DNA of 64,000 nucleotides from an uncultured delta proteobacterium (GCA_963845515.1 CAWJSR010000049.1:32001-96000), one strand, 5' to 3'; positions 53,536 through 64,000 are shown, counted from the stretch's first letter. The notes: generated by a model not told the origin, from the sequence alone. Numbers and translations are program-made.

Positions 53536-56154
53536 ATGACCGACACCTTCCAGAAGCCCCGCCGCTGGCCGAAGGTCCTCGCCGCGGTCGTCGTCGTGCT
53601 CGCCGTCCTCACCGTGGCCGCGGCCTTCACGCTCGACCGGATCCTCACCTCCGTCGCGCGCGAGCAGGCGGCCGTCCTCTCGAGGCAGTGGGAGCGCCCG
53701 ATCGAGATCGGCGCGGTGAAGACCACCTTCCTCGGCCGGCTGGGGGTCCGGGTCGAGGCGGTGAAGATCGGCGCGGCGGCCGGCGAGCCGCGCCCCCTCC
53801 TGGAGCTCGACCGCGCCGAGGTGCGGCTGGCGCTGGTCGAGGCGCTCACGTCGCGCGGGAAGGACGTGCGCATCGAGAGCGCCGAGCTGCAGGGGCTCCG
53901 GGTCGCGGTGGTCAAGGCGAAGGACGGGAAGACCAACGTGGACCGGCTCACCGAGGCCATGGCGAGGAACGCACCGCCCGAGGGGCCGACCGCGCCGGAG
54001 GGCGCGAAGGAGGGCGAGCGCCCCGCCGACCTGTCGATGGTCCGCGTGGAGCATGCGGCCGTCCTGGACGGGCGGATCGCCTTCGTCGACGAGGGGGCCG
54101 GCGGCAAGGAGCTCTTCGTGGAGGACCTGGACCTCGTCGTGGACGGGCTCGCCGCGGGCGCCCCGCTGGAGGTGGTCATCAGGGCGGGGATCCTCTCGGC
54201 GAAGCAGAACCTGGAGCTGAGGGTCCACGCGCCGCCCCTGCCGGCGACGCTCACGCCGTCTCCCGACCACGTGACGCTCAAGGTCGAGCCGGTAGATCTC
54301 ACTCCGCTCGCGCCCTTCGCGCCCCGAGACGCAGGGTTCCGGGGCGGACGGTTCGCCGCCGATCTCGACGTCGTGGTCGGCGCGGCCGTCCCGGGCGGCG
54401 CCGGGCCGACGGTGGTCCGCGGTGGCTTCGCTGCCACGGCGCTCCGCTTCGCGGGGCAGGAGGGCGGGAAGGCGCTCGACGTGACGCTCGACGCCGACCT
54501 GACGGCCGACCTCCAGAAGGGGGATCTCTCCATCGCGAAGCTGCTCCTCTCCTTCGGCCCCGCGGCCCTGGAGGGGAAGGGGAAGGTGACCGCCCTGCTG
54601 TCCGAGAGCCCACGGATCGAGGGGCTGCGCATCGTCTCCAGGAACCTCGACCTCGCCGCGCTCGCCCCCTACTACCCGCCGCTGCCGAAGCTGCTCGGCG
54701 GGACCGTGGCGGGCCCTATCGCCCTCACCGCGGAGGCGGCCGGGACCGCCGAGCGGCCGGTCCTGGAGCTGCGCGCAGACCTGACACCGGTCCGGCTCTC
54801 GCTCCCCAGGCAGGTGGAGAAGGCGCCGGGCGGCAAGCTGCTCTTCGTCGCGAGGCTGCGCGGCGGCGCCGCCGGCGCGCTCAGGTTCGACGCCGAGGGC
54901 GACCTGACGGGGCTCGATCTGCGCCCGGGCGGCTCGCTCGCCAAGAAGCCGGGCGACCGGCTCACCTTCGCGACCACCGCCACCCGCTCGGTCGCGGGGA
55001 GGGCCCAGAAGCTCGAGCTCGCGTCCTTCGCCATGACCCTCGCCGACATGAACGTGAAGGCGCGCGGAACGACCGAGCTCGCGCCGCGGTCGACCCGCTT
55101 CGACCTCGCCGTCGAGATCGACCGCGTCGACGTCGACAAGCTGCTCATCCCGTCGCCCAGGGAGGAGCCGGCCAAGGAGGCGCCGAAGGCGAAGGGGGAC
55201 GCCGCGTCCACCTACGCGGGGCTCTCGGGGAAGGCGTCGCTCCGGATCGGCCAGGTGATCGCCGAGAAGCAGAAGCTGAGCGACGTCCGGGTCACCGTCT
55301 TGATGAAGGAGGACGAGGTGACCGTGCAGGAGGGGCGGCTCGGGCTCTGGGACGGCGTCCTCAGCGTCGCCGGCACGCAGGCGCGGCTCGCGCCGGCCGA
55401 CATGCCCTTCACGCTGGCGGCGAAGGTCGAGCGGGTGGCGGTCGAGGGAGCGCTCGCCGCCTTCACCGACAAGAAGGTGCTGACCGGCCGTCTCGACGCA
55501 GAGGTCAAGCTCTCCGGCAGGGGCGAGGACACCGACCGGATCCTGAAGGCGCTCGACGGGACGATCGACGGGAAGCTCCGCGACGGCCTCTTCCACGGGA
55601 AGGATCTCATCGGCGAGGTCGCAGAGCCGATCGTGAAGGCGATCCCCGCGCTCGGGTCGAAGGTCACGAAGGGAGGGGCGACGAAGCTCGGCAAGGTCCT
55701 CGCCGTGTCACTCCGGATCGAGGACGGCAGGGCGCTGCTCCAGAAGCCGCTGGAGTTCGAGGAGCGCGGCGCGTCGTTCAAGGTCCAGGGCGCCTTCGCC
55801 TTCGACGGCGAGCTGGAGATGCCGACGGCGCTCACGCTCTCGCCCGAGGCGGTGGCCGGCCTGACCGGTGGCAAGGCGAAGGTCGACGAGCCGCTGCCGT
55901 TCTCCTTCAAGCTGGTGGGGAAGGCGTGGAGCCCGCGCCTCTCGGGGCTCGACGTGATGCCGGCCGTCAAGGCGATCGCCGCGAAGCTCGGGGCGGCCGC
56001 GCTCGGGAAGGCGCTCGGGCTCGAAGGCACGCCGCAGGAGGCCGCGAAGGAGAAGGCGGCGGAGGTGAAGGAGAAGGCCCAGGAGAAGGTCCAGGACGCC
56101 ACGAAGGCCCTCAAGAAGGACGCGGCGAAGAAGCTGAAGGGGCTGTTCAGGTAG
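53536..56154 (+). CDS. AsmA-family protein
   Basis: N-terminal TM anchor, DGKTNVD.L, long beta-rich repeat body, G...GKDL, Lys/Ala-rich tail KKLKGLF. Confidence 0.8.
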   Translation: MTDTFQKPRRWPKVLAAVVVVLAVLTVAAAFTLDRILTSVAREQAAVLSRQWERPIEIGAVKTTFLGRLGVRVEAVKIGAAAGEPRPLLELDRAEVRLALVEALTSRGKDVRIESAELQGLRVAVVKAKDGKTNVDRLTEAMARNAPPEGPTAPEGAKEGERPADLSMVRVEHAAVLDGRIAFVDEGAGGKELFVEDLDLVVDGLAAGAPLEVVIRAGILSAKQNLELRVHAPPLPATLTPSPDHVTLKVEPVDLTPLAPFAPRDAGFRGGRFAADLDVVVGAAVPGGAGPTVVRGGFAATALRFAGQEGGKALDVTLDADLTADLQKGDLSIAKLLLSFGPAALEGKGKVTALLSESPRIEGLRIVSRNLDLAALAPYYPPLPKLLGGTVAGPIALTAEAAGTAERPVLELRADLTPVRLSLPRQVEKAPGGKLLFVARLRGGAAGALRFDAEGDLTGLDLRPGGSLAKKPGDRLTFATTATRSVAGRAQKLELASFAMTLADMNVKARGTTELAPRSTRFDLAVEIDRVDVDKLLIPSPREEPAKEAPKAKGDAASTYAGLSGKASLRIGQVIAEKQKLSDVRVTVLMKEDEVTVQEGRLGLWDGVLSVAGTQARLAPADMPFTLAAKVERVAVEGALAAFTDKKVLTGRLDAEVKLSGRGEDTDRILKALDGTIDGKLRDGLFHGKDLIGEVAEPIVKAIPALGSKVTKGGATKLGKVLAVSLRIEDGRALLQKPLEFEERGASFKVQGAFAFDGELEMPTALTLSPEAVAGLTGGKAKVDEPLPFSFKLVGKAWSPRLSGLDVMPAVKAIAAKLGAAALGKALGLEGTPQEAAKEKAAEVKEKAQEKVQDATKALKKDAAKKLKGLFR

Positions 56155-56192
56155 ACGGGGCGCTTCGCGGGGCCCCCTCCCTGCCGCGCCGG

Positions 56193-56414
56193 TCAGCGCG
56201 TCAGCAGGCGGGCCAGCACGAGCGCCGCGAAGCCGAGCATGCCGGCCGCCCACCCGAGCAGGATGAGCCCGGCGAAGACTGCCTGCGCGCCGGTGACGGT
56301 CCGCCCCTGAATCAGGGCCTTCCGGCGCTTGATGGCGAAGACACCCTTGGCGGCCACCCATATGCCGGGGACGCCGAGGAGGACGCAGGCGAGGAGGACG
56401 AGGGCGCGGGCCAT
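56193..56414 (-). CDS. Small two-TM membrane protein
   Basis: Two hydrophobic helices separated by a basic loop. Confidence 0.6.
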   Translation of the reverse strand: MARALVLLACVLLGVPGIWVAAKGVFAIKRRKALIQGRTVTGAQAVFAGLILLGWAAGMLGFAALVLARLLTR

Positions 56415-56432
56415 CGGCGCATCTTAGTGCCA

Positions 56433-57209
56433 CTAGCCCGCCGACCGCGACCTGACCCGGAGCATCCACGCGAAGGCCGCCACGGCCGCGGCCGCGAGCA
56501 GGTGCTTCGCGGCGTGTCCTCCGACGAACCCGGTGGCGCCGAGGATCCGGGCGTCGAGGAGCTCCGCGCCCTTCGCGAGCACGTAGAGCAGGAGCCCCGC
56601 GATCCACCCCGCGCCGTGCGAGTAGCGCGGCTGGAAGAGCAGCAGGACGAGGGGGACGAGGAGCATCGGCGCGAACTGGGCCACCACGTACGGGCGCAGG
56701 TCGCCGCGCCCCATCGTCTCGGTGACGAACCAGTAAACCACTGTCGCGGCGGCGCCGAGCGTGGCGGGCGCGAGCAGCCTCGCCGAAGCCGCCCCGATCC
56801 GCTCGGAGAGCACCGTGACGAGGAGCGCAGCGAACGCCACCGCCATCGGCAGCCGGTCGAGGAGCAGCGAGCCGTTGGCCGGGGCCAGGTGGTAGAAGGC
56901 CGACCCCGGCGCGACGAGCGCGACGGCCGCGAAGAAGGTGATCCACGGCGCGCGCTCGCGCCGGTCGGAGGGGCGGAACTCCGGGGCGAAGACCACGCCG
57001 AGCCCGGCGAGGCCGGCGAGCAGGAAGGCGACGTTGGAGAGGACGTCGGCGGCGTTGGGGATGGGGCCCAGCGCGCGCCGATCGGCGAACAGATGGTACG
57101 CGGGATCCTGGGCGAGGCGCGGCAGGAGCGCGGCGGCGATCGCGGCTCCGCCCGCGAGGAGGGCTACCGCACCGACGCGCCAACGCCTCGCGCGGCCGAT
57201 CGGTTCCAT
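56433..57209 (-). CDS. Alkaline ceramidase-family (CREST) membrane hydrolase
   Basis: QDPAYHLFADRR..GPIPN..DVLSN, GSAFYHLAP, DRLPM, GDLRPY, GH..KHL. Confidence 0.8.
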   Translation of the reverse strand: MEPIGRARRWRVGAVALLAGGAAIAAALLPRLAQDPAYHLFADRRALGPIPNAADVLSNVAFLLAGLAGLGVVFAPEFRPSDRRERAPWITFFAAVALVAPGSAFYHLAPANGSLLLDRLPMAVAFAALLVTVLSERIGAASARLLAPATLGAAATVVYWFVTETMGRGDLRPYVVAQFAPMLLVPLVLLLFQPRYSHGAGWIAGLLLYVLAKGAELLDARILGATGFVGGHAAKHLLAAAAVAAFAWMLRVRSRSAG

Positions 57210-57318
57210 GGTGACGAAAGCTCCTGCTGCCATCCTCTGCCTCCCGGGACAGCGCGCGGCGTGGCGCGCTCCGGGTTGGTGGAGACGGCGCCTCCCGCTG
57301 ATGTGACCCGCGTCGCGC

Positions 57319-57933
57319 TCAGTTGCGGCTGCCGCGCGGCGGGCCGCCGGGTCCCTCGAGGAGCGACAGGCCGCGCTCGCGGAGGAGCTGGGCGACCCGC
57401 TCGGAGGGGGTGCGGAGGTAGCGCTCGTACAGCCGGACGAGCCCCCGGTTGGAGCGGAGCTCCGAGAGCTCGGCGATCTCGGCGAAGCAGTCCACGAAGA
57501 GGCCGAACCGCCCGGACAGCTCGCCGTAGAGCGGCTCGAGCCCGCGCCGGCGCTCCACCTGCCCGACCGCTGCGTAGGCGTTGCCGCCCATCGCGATGTA
57601 GTAGTCCACGTCCACGGCGGAGCGCGCGAGGGAGTCGCCGAAGAAGCCCGAGACGAAGAGCGCGGTGTCCCCCAGCCGGCGCAGCTCGCGCACCCGGGCG
57701 TCTCCGGTGGCCTCCAGCGCGCGCAGCAGGATGATGGCCAGCGGCTCCTCGCGCACCGAGCCGTCAGCCTGCTCGACGCGGAGCCGCTCGGTGACCAGGA
57801 ACTTCGCGAGGAGATCCACGAGGTAGAACTCGGTCTCCGGCTGGATGTGCACGCGGCGGTGCGAGAGCACGTCGTCGACCCGCTGCCGGAAGAACTCGAG
57901 CACGCTCTCGGTGATCGGGCTGCGTTCGTCCAT
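57319..57933 (-). CDS. Conserved hypothetical protein
   Basis: GGAGG RBS; EFYLVDLL, LRRLGDTALFVSGFF.DSL, DYYIAMGG.AY, LVRLYERY. Confidence 0.75.
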   Translation of the reverse strand: MDERSPITESVLEFFRQRVDDVLSHRRVHIQPETEFYLVDLLAKFLVTERLRVEQADGSVREEPLAIILLRALEATGDARVRELRRLGDTALFVSGFFGDSLARSAVDVDYYIAMGGNAYAAVGQVERRRGLEPLYGELSGRFGLFVDCFAEIAELSELRSNRGLVRLYERYLRTPSERVAQLLRERGLSLLEGPGGPPRGSRN

Positions 57934-58056
57934 GGCGGAGACGCCTCCTCGTGCCTCCTCTTGAAGGTAGCGCCGCCGCCGCTGGCGCTCAACCCCAGGA
58001 GCCCCGGCGCCCTGCGCGCGGCCCCCGGAGCCCGGGCGCGGTCCCTCCGCCGACGC

Positions 58057-58887
58057 TCAGGCGAAGAGGTCGCCTGCGACGGCGGGCGCGTCCGGGTCCA
58101 CGCGACGGGAGACCTCGAGGAGCGTCTGCACCGCCCGGCGGCCCGCCTCGCCGAGGCCGAGCGAGAAGGCGTTTACGTAGAGGTCGATGTGCTGGCGCAT
58201 CACCGCGTCGTCCAGCTCCTGCGCGTGGCGGCGGACGTAGTCGGAGAGGAAGGTGCGCCGGCCGTTCGCCTGCTCGAGGCTCAGCCGGATGAGCCCGTTC
58301 ACGTCGCGCCGGATGGCCGGGTCGAGGGAGCGCCGCGCGACGATGCCGCCCAGCGGGATCGGGGAGCGGGTCTCGCGCTCCCAGTGTTCGCCCAGATCGA
58401 CGAGCTTCGCGAGCCCCTTGGCCGCGTAGGTGAAGCGGCTCTCGTGGATGATGACCCCCGCGTCGACCCTGCCCTCCAGGACGGCCGCCTCGATCTCGGA
58501 GAAGACGACGAACCGCTTCCCGGTGGCGCCGGGAAAGGCGAGGGAGAAGAGCAGGTGGGCGGTCGTGTCGCGCCCCGGGATCGCGACCGTCATGCTCGCC
58601 GGATCGAACCGCGCGACGCCTGGGCGGGCCACCAGGAGCGGTCCGACGCCCTCGCCCAGGGCGCCGCCGGCCTCGAGCAGCGCGTACCGGTCGGCGACCC
58701 GCGGGAGCACCCCGTAGCTGATCTTGCTGACGTCGAGCCGCCCCGCCAGCGCCCACTCGTTGAGCGTCTGGACGTCCTCGAGCACGGGGTCGAAGCGCAG
58801 CCCGCCGGTGTCGATCCCACCGTTCACGAGGGCGTCGAAGATGAACGTGTCGTTGGGGCAGGGGGAGAAGCCGAGCGTGAGTCGCAT
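58057..58887 (-). CDS. mqnD: 1,4-dihydroxy-6-naphthoate synthase (futalosine pathway)
   Basis: LGFSPCPNDTF, DVQTLN, GALGEGVGPL, TTAHLL, IIHESRFTY, PIPLGG, HIDLYVN. Confidence 0.9.
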   Translation of the reverse strand: MRLTLGFSPCPNDTFIFDALVNGGIDTGGLRFDPVLEDVQTLNEWALAGRLDVSKISYGVLPRVADRYALLEAGGALGEGVGPLLVARPGVARFDPASMTVAIPGRDTTAHLLFSLAFPGATGKRFVVFSEIEAAVLEGRVDAGVIIHESRFTYAAKGLAKLVDLGEHWERETRSPIPLGGIVARRSLDPAIRRDVNGLIRLSLEQANGRRTFLSDYVRRHAQELDDAVMRQHIDLYVNAFSLGLGEAGRRAVQTLLEVSRRVDPDAPAVAGDLFA

Positions 58888-58909
58888 GGGCGTCGAACCC
58901 GGAGAGGAT

Positions 58910-58948
58910 CCCCCTCTCCCCCACCGGGGGAGAGGGACGGGTGAGGGG
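58910..58948. repeat. REP-like element between leuB and mqnD
   Basis: CCCCCTCTCCCCCACCGGGGGAGAGGGACGGGTGAGGGG. Confidence 0.8.
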
Positions 58949-58955
58949 TGGCTGG

Positions 58956-60017
58956 CTACGCGAGCCGCTTGAGGATCTCGTCGGCCATCTGCGTGGTCGA
59001 GAGCTTGCCGCCGAGGTCGGCGGTGCGCGCCCCCTCGGTGATGGTCAGGTCGACGGCCGCCTCGATCGACGCGGCCTCGGCCTCGAGGCCGAGGGTGTGG
59101 CGGAGCATCATCGCGACCGAGAGGATGGTGCCGACGGGGTTGGCGATCCCCTTGCCCGCGATGTCCGGCGCCGAGCCGTGGATCGGCTCGTAGAGGCCGG
59201 GGCCGCCGGCGCCGATCGACGCCGAGGGGAGCATGCCCATCGAGCCGGCGAGGACCGAGGCCTCGTCGGTGAGGATGTCGCCGAACATGTTCTCGGTGAC
59301 CACGACGTCGAGGCTGGCCGGGCTCGTGATGAGCCGCATCGCGGCGGTGTCGACCAGCATGTGGTCGACGGCCACGTCCGGGTTCAGCCGGCCGGTCTCC
59401 GCGGCGATCTCCCGCCAGAGCCTGGACGACTCCAGGACGTTGGCCTTGTCGACGCTCGTGACCCTCTTCTTGCGCCCCTTCGCGATCTTGAAGGCCAGCT
59501 CGACGACGCGGCGCACCTCGTAGTCGTAGTACTCGAGCGTGTCGACCGCGCGCTCGCGCCCGTCCTTGACGTCGCGCCCCTTCGGGAAGCCGAAGTAGAG
59601 CCCGCCAGTCAGCTCGCGGATGACGATGATGTCGACGCCCTTCAGCTTCTCCGCCTTGAGCGGCGACGCGTCGATGAGCGCCGGGTGGACCTTCACCGGC
59701 CTCAGGTTCGCGAAGACGCCCAGCCCCTTGCGCAGCCCGAGGAGCCCCTGCTCCGGCCGGACCTTCGCCTTCGGATCGTCCCACTTCGGGCCGCCGACCG
59801 CGCCGAGGAGGACGGCGGTCGACTTCTGGCACTCGGCCAGGACAGCGTCGGTGAGCGCGACGCCGTGGGCGTCGATGGAGCAGCCGCCCATCAGCCGCTC
59901 GACGAACGTGAAGTCGTGGCCGCGCTTCTTGGCCACCACCTGCAGGACGCGGACGGCTTCGGTCGTCACCTCGGGACCGATGCCATCGCCGGGGAGGACG
60001 ACGATGTGTGCCTTCAA
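58956..60017 (-). CDS. leuB: 3-isopropylmalate dehydrogenase
   Basis: [68 protein letters not shown] start after AAGGAG. Confidence 0.95.
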   Translation of the reverse strand: MKAHIVVLPGDGIGPEVTTEAVRVLQVVAKKRGHDFTFVERLMGGCSIDAHGVALTDAVLAECQKSTAVLLGAVGGPKWDDPKAKVRPEQGLLGLRKGLGVFANLRPVKVHPALIDASPLKAEKLKGVDIIVIRELTGGLYFGFPKGRDVKDGRERAVDTLEYYDYEVRRVVELAFKIAKGRKKRVTSVDKANVLESSRLWREIAAETGRLNPDVAVDHMLVDTAAMRLITSPASLDVVVTENMFGDILTDEASVLAGSMGMLPSASIGAGGPGLYEPIHGSAPDIAGKGIANPVGTILSVAMMLRHTLGLEAEAASIEAAVDLTITEGARTADLGGKLSTTQMADEILKRLA

Positions 60018-60040
60018 CGGAGTCTCCTTCGGTTGTGGGA

Positions 60041-61588
60041 TCAGACGGCCAGCGTCAGGCCGTACTCGACGGCGTCGGCGAGGGCTCGCCATGACGCCTC
60101 GATGATGTTGGTGCTCGCGCCGACGGTGCTCCAGCGCCTGGTGCCGCGCTGGAAGTCGATGAGGACGCGCGTGATGGCGCCGGTGCCGGTGGTCGGGTCG
60201 AGGATGCGGACCTTGAAGTCGGTGAGCCGGACGTCCTTGATCTCGGGGAAGCGCGGCGCGAGGGCCTTGCGGAGCGCCGCGTCGAGCGCGTCGACGGGGC
60301 CGTCGCCCTCGGCGGCGGTGTGGAGCACCTCGCCGTCGACCTTCACCTTGACCATCGCCTCCGAGAAGATCCCCCGGCCCGTCCGGTGCTCGACGTTGAC
60401 CAGGAAGTCGATCAGGTCGAAGGGGGGCTTGTAGCCCGGCTCCTGCCGCTTCATGAGGAGGGCCACCGACGCCTCGGCCGCCTCGAAGGAGAAGCCGCGC
60501 GCCTCCAGCGCCTTGATCTCGTTGAGCACGCTGGCCACGTCGGCCTTCGGGTCGAGGCCGAACTCCTCCGCCTTGGACATCAGGTTTCCGCGGCCGGACA
60601 GCTCGCTCACGACCACGCGCATCTGGTTGCCGACCTGCTCGGGGTCGACGTGCTGGTACGAGACCGCGCTCCGGCGCATGGCCGCGACGTGGATGCCGCC
60701 CTTGTGGGCGAAGGCCGACTTGCCGACGTACGGCTGGTGCTCGTCAGCCGGCAGGTTGGCGATCTCGGCGATGTAGTGCGAGACCTCGTAGAGGGTGACG
60801 AGCTTCCCGGCCGGCAGGCACTCCTTGCCGAGCTTCAGCTCCAGCGACGGGATGCACGAGCAGAGGTTGGCGTTGCCGCAGCGCTCGCCGTACCCGTTGA
60901 TCGTCCCCTGGATCTGGATCGCCCCCGCCTCGACGGCGGCGAGCGAGTTCGCGACCGCCGTCTCGCTGTCGTTGTGGGCGTGGACGCCGAGCGGGTGCTT
61001 CAGCTCGGCGTAGACCGCCCGCACGGTCTCGGCGATCTGCCACGGCATCGAGCCGCCGTTGGTGTCGCAGAGGACCAGCGTCTCGGCGCCGCCCCGGATC
61101 CCCGCCTTGAGCGTCTCCAGCGCGTACTTCGGATCGGCCCGGTAGCCGTCGAAGAAGTGCTCGGCGTCGTAGATCACCCGGCGCCCCTGCGCCTTGAGGT
61201 ACGCGAGGCTCTGCTCGATGATCTTCAGGTTCTCCTCGAGCGTCGTCCGGAGCACCTCGGTGACGTGGAGGGTCCAGGTCTTGCCGACCACGGTGCAGAC
61301 CGGCGCGCCCGAGTCGAGCAGCGCCTTGATGTTGGCGTCATCCTCCGGTGTGCCACCCACCCGGCAGGTGGAGCCGAACGCCGCGATGAGCGCGTGCTCC
61401 CACTTCATCGCCTTCGCGCGATCGAAGAACTCGACGTCCTTCGGGTTGGACCCGGGCCAGCCGCCCTCGATGAAGGCGACGCCGAGCTCGTCCAGCCGCT
61501 TCGCGATCCGGATCTTGTCCTCGCAGGAGAGGGAGATCCCCTCGCGCTGGGTGCCGTCGCGGAGCGTCGTGTCGTAGATCTGGATCAT
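60041..61588 (-). CDS. cimA: Citramalate synthase
   Basis: [68 protein letters not shown]. Confidence 0.9.
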   Translation of the reverse strand: MIQIYDTTLRDGTQREGISLSCEDKIRIAKRLDELGVAFIEGGWPGSNPKDVEFFDRAKAMKWEHALIAAFGSTCRVGGTPEDDANIKALLDSGAPVCTVVGKTWTLHVTEVLRTTLEENLKIIEQSLAYLKAQGRRVIYDAEHFFDGYRADPKYALETLKAGIRGGAETLVLCDTNGGSMPWQIAETVRAVYAELKHPLGVHAHNDSETAVANSLAAVEAGAIQIQGTINGYGERCGNANLCSCIPSLELKLGKECLPAGKLVTLYEVSHYIAEIANLPADEHQPYVGKSAFAHKGGIHVAAMRRSAVSYQHVDPEQVGNQMRVVVSELSGRGNLMSKAEEFGLDPKADVASVLNEIKALEARGFSFEAAEASVALLMKRQEPGYKPPFDLIDFLVNVEHRTGRGIFSEAMVKVKVDGEVLHTAAEGDGPVDALDAALRKALAPRFPEIKDVRLTDFKVRILDPTTGTGAITRVLIDFQRGTRRWSTVGASTNIIEASWRALADAVEYGLTLAV

Positions 61589-61692
61589 CGGCCACCTCTG
61601 AGGATTGGGGCGCGCAGAAAGGCGCGAAGTATACACGACCCGCACAGGGGGATCGAGGGGGTGGGCCAGGGTTCGGCCCGGCCGGCGGCGCC

Positions 61693-62547
61693 TCACTTCA
61701 CCTGCTTCAGGAGCTCGTCCAGCTCAGCGTTCACCTCGCCCGGCTTGTCGAGCATGATCCAGTGCGAGGTCCCCTTCACCTTCCGGTAGGGCAGCCCCTC
61801 GACGTTGGCCTGGATCCCCTCGAGCACGAGCTGGCTCGCCGCCAGCGCGCGGCGCGGCCCCTTGTAGCGGGACAGCTCGCCCACCGAGTCGCTCGAGATG
61901 ACGGCCAGCGCGGCGCCGAGCAGCGACTCGCGCGCCGTCTTGCCGAGCGCCTCCTGCACCCGCTCGCGGGTGCCGGTCAGCGCGCCGTCTAGCAGCGGGC
62001 CGTAGCGGAGCGAGATGGTCTCCGCGACCCGCCCGGCCGCGAAGGCCTGCTCCTCCGCGGCCCTGACCGCGGGGGTGCGGTCGATCCTGCCGCTGTAGGC
62101 GTCGACGAAGAGGATGCCAGCCACCCGCAGCGGGTGGCGGGACGCGTAGGCGGTGGCCAGCGTCCCAGCGAAGTCGTGGACCACCAGCACGAACCGGGTC
62201 GCGCCGAGCGCGTCGGCCACCCGGCCGAGGTCCTCGCCGAGCGCCTCCGGGGACCGCTTCCCGTCGCGCGGGGGGTCCGACTGGCCGAAGCCCGGCAGAT
62301 CCACGGCGATGGCGCGGCGGGTCTGCCGGACGTGGGCGAGCTGCTCCGCCCAGACCCCGTGATCGCCGCCGGCGCCGTGGACGAAGAGGACCGGGATCCC
62401 TCCTCTCCCTCCGTCGTCGACGAAGACCTTCCCGCGGCTCGTGAGCACGGACCTGGTGGCCGCCGGGGGAGGCGCGGGCGGAGCCGTGGGGGCGCCAGCG
62501 CAGGCTGCGACGGCCGCCAGCAGGGGAGCGAGGAGGGTGCGGCGCAT
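61693..62547 (-). CDS. Alpha/beta-hydrolase-fold lipoprotein
   Basis: Lipobox VAAC; FVHGAGG, DLPGFGQSD, VVHDFAG nucleophile elbow, SHWIMLDKP. Confidence 0.85.
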   Translation of the reverse strand: MRRTLLAPLLAAVAACAGAPTAPPAPPPAATRSVLTSRGKVFVDDGGRGGIPVLFVHGAGGDHGVWAEQLAHVRQTRRAIAVDLPGFGQSDPPRDGKRSPEALGEDLGRVADALGATRFVLVVHDFAGTLATAYASRHPLRVAGILFVDAYSGRIDRTPAVRAAEEQAFAAGRVAETISLRYGPLLDGALTGTRERVQEALGKTARESLLGAALAVISSDSVGELSRYKGPRRALAASQLVLEGIQANVEGLPYRKVKGTSHWIMLDKPGEVNAELDELLKQVK

Positions 62548-62601
62548 GGACAACGAGTAGCGCGGTGGCGGGCAGGTGCAAAGCCCTGCGAGCCGAGCCG
62601 C

Positions 62602-62638
62602 GAAAATGAAGGAGCCCGGCCATCTCTGACCGGGCTCC
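62602..62638 (-). terminator. Intrinsic terminator of the cold-shock gene
   Basis: Stem GGAGCCCGG/CCGGGCTCC followed on the minus strand by TTCATTTT. Confidence 0.7.
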
Positions 62639-62659
62639 ATGGACTTCAGGTGAAGCGGA

Positions 62660-62863
62660 TCAGATGGCGCGAACGTTCGCAGCCTGGAGCCCCTTCGGGC
62701 CCTTCGTCACGTCGAACTCCACCTTCTGGCCCTCGGCGAGGGTACGGAACCCGTTCGCCTGAATGGCAGTGTGGTGGCAGAAGACGTCGTCGCCGCCGCC
62801 ATCCTGGGTGATGAAGCCGAAGCCCTTCGCATCGTTGAACCACTTCACGGTACCGGTAGCCAT
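62660..62863 (-). CDS. cspA: Cold-shock protein (CspA family)
   Basis: [37 protein letters not shown]; 67 aa. Confidence 0.95.
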   Translation of the reverse strand: MATGTVKWFNDAKGFGFITQDGGGDDVFCHHTAIQANGFRTLAEGQKVEFDVTKGPKGLQAANVRAI

Positions 62864-62941
62864 TACTGGTGTTCTCTTTTCTGTTCTGGGGCCGCGATTG
62901 TTGCAGCCCAGCCCGATCCGGATTTGGATCGGGAAGGTGCG

Positions 62942-62970
62942 TGTATACGCGGCTCCAGGCAAGAAGTCGA
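62942..62970 (-). promoter_or_regulatory. Putative sigma-70 promoter of the csp gene
   Basis: Minus strand TCGACT-N17-TATACA, about 80 nt upstream of the ATG. Confidence 0.45.
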
Positions 62971-63094
62971 GGGAGATGCCAACGAATGTTGCAGGGTTGG
63001 GCCGAAGGGGGCTATCGGCTACCCCCTCCCGAGGGGTACAAAGGCTGATGCGCGACACGATACGGCAACCTCTGATGAACCGGTGGGGCCGGCC

Positions 63095-64000
63095 GTGAGC
63101 GACCTCGAGCGCGGCAAGCTCGTCCAGCACTCTACGCTGGGGCTCGGCAAGGTGGTAGCGCTGGAGCCGGACGCGGTCCACGTCTTCTTCCCAGGGCGCG
63201 GCGAGCGCTATGCAGCGAAGCTCCGGCTCCCGGGCGCCAGGGCATTTCTCCGGGTCGGAATCGAGGAGCGGAGCGCCTGGCTCGAGGGGCTCTCATCCTT
63301 CACCCTCGACGCGGCGAGCGGGCGCTGGGCCCTCCCGGCGCGCTGGCTGACGCTCGATCAGGCAGTAGCCCAGTTCCTGGCCGCCCAGCCCAAGGGCTTC
63401 ACCGTAGGCCCGACCGGGCGCGCGGCCGTGTGGCGCCAGGCGCACCAGCTCTACGCCGACACGCTCGGTAACGGCGAAGGCGAGCGGCTGCTCGACGCCG
63501 GCGAGGTGCGCGAGATCGTCAAGCGCCTGTTCAAGGTCGCCAGGCTCGTGAGCCCGCTGCACGACGAGGAGGAGCGCGACGCGGTCGAGGACGCGCTGGG
63601 CGACGACGACGCGACGCGCCGCTTCCTCCGCGCGCTCTTCGAGCTCGTCTCGGTCCCTTCGCCGGGACGCGCCCGGTTCGACAAGCTCTACGGCGTGGCC
63701 GCAGGCCTGCCCGGCGCACCATCGGCACGCTGGCTGCTCGTGACACTCTTCCCGTTCATCGCGCGCCCGGACAAGCACCCGCTCATGCGCCCCGGCTCGA
63801 CCCGCGAGGCCGCCGAGCGTCTCGGCTTCGACCTCCGCTTCGACGAAGCGCCCAACTGGAGCACCTTCGCGGCGCTTCGCGCGCTCTCGACGAAGCTGCT
63901 CGAGGCGCTGTCCGGCGCAGGGGCGCGTGACTTCGTGGACGTCGAGATCTTCGCGCACGCGGCGTCGACCATGCGGGCGAGCGGCCCGAAGCGCGCCACG
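63095..64000 (+). CDS. DUF3553-like domain protein (3' truncated; absent from the ORF track)
   Basis: GTG at 63095, open to the window end: [32 protein letters not shown]... with host-like codon usage. Confidence 0.7.
   Translation, partial: MSDLERGKLVQHSTLGLGKVVALEPDAVHVFFPGRGERYAAKLRLPGARAFLRVGIEERSAWLEGLSSFTLDAASGRWALPARWLTLDQAVAQFLAAQPKGFTVGPTGRAAVWRQAHQLYADTLGNGEGERLLDAGEVREIVKRLFKVARLVSPLHDEEERDAVEDALGDDDATRRFLRALFELVSVPSPGRARFDKLYGVAAGLPGAPSARWLLVTLFPFIARPDKHPLMRPGSTREAAERLGFDLRFDEAPNWSTFAALRALSTKLLEALSGAGARDFVDVEIFAHAASTMRASGPKRAT

Noticed and set aside
52477..57734. Very long alternative-frame ORFs (e.g. 53688..57734 1348 aa, 52477..55596 1039 aa; similarly 39107..42178, 33677..36454)
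   Set aside because: Arg/Gly/Pro-rich shadows of real genes, expected in high-GC DNA where off-frame stops are rare; no motifs.
61589..61692. Leu/Ile attenuator leader upstream of cimA-leuB
   Set aside because: No short Leu/Ile/Val-rich leader ORF or terminator; only a possible -10 box (TATACT).

Overview
High-GC bacterial chromosomal window. Gene content (triheme c7 cytochrome, Hanks Ser/Thr kinases, futalosine-pathway mqnD, cimA, VKOR-DsbA fusion, Cache-domain chemoreceptors) points to a Myxococcota genome, most likely Anaeromyxobacter-like; this is inference. About 56 protein-coding genes were called. No rRNA, tRNA, CRISPR array or transposase was recognised. The first ~3.1 kb has visibly different codon usage and looks like the edge of an acquired island. 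It encodes a coiled-coil membrane protein and a Schlafen/AlbA_2-HATPase-HTH protein, followed by two divergent ECF sigma factors and a coupled membrane Ser/Thr kinase. The rest is mostly core genome. At least 10 genes are broken by single-base indels, probably long-read consensus errors. The best leads are: (1) a Tgt fused to an MnmC/MnmD-type aminomethyl methyltransferase, a possible new tRNA wobble (methyl-preQ1) chemistry, with queF and gluQ in the same window; (2) the two-sigma/kinase module, where one sigma has a duplicated region 4; (3) a GC-rich palindromic repeat family that is repeatedly translated inside proteins; (4) a J-domain protein with MshEN-like repeats; (5) an Mla/Mce operon whose ATPase lacks the catalytic motifs. 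All family assignments come from motif recognition by eye, not database searches.
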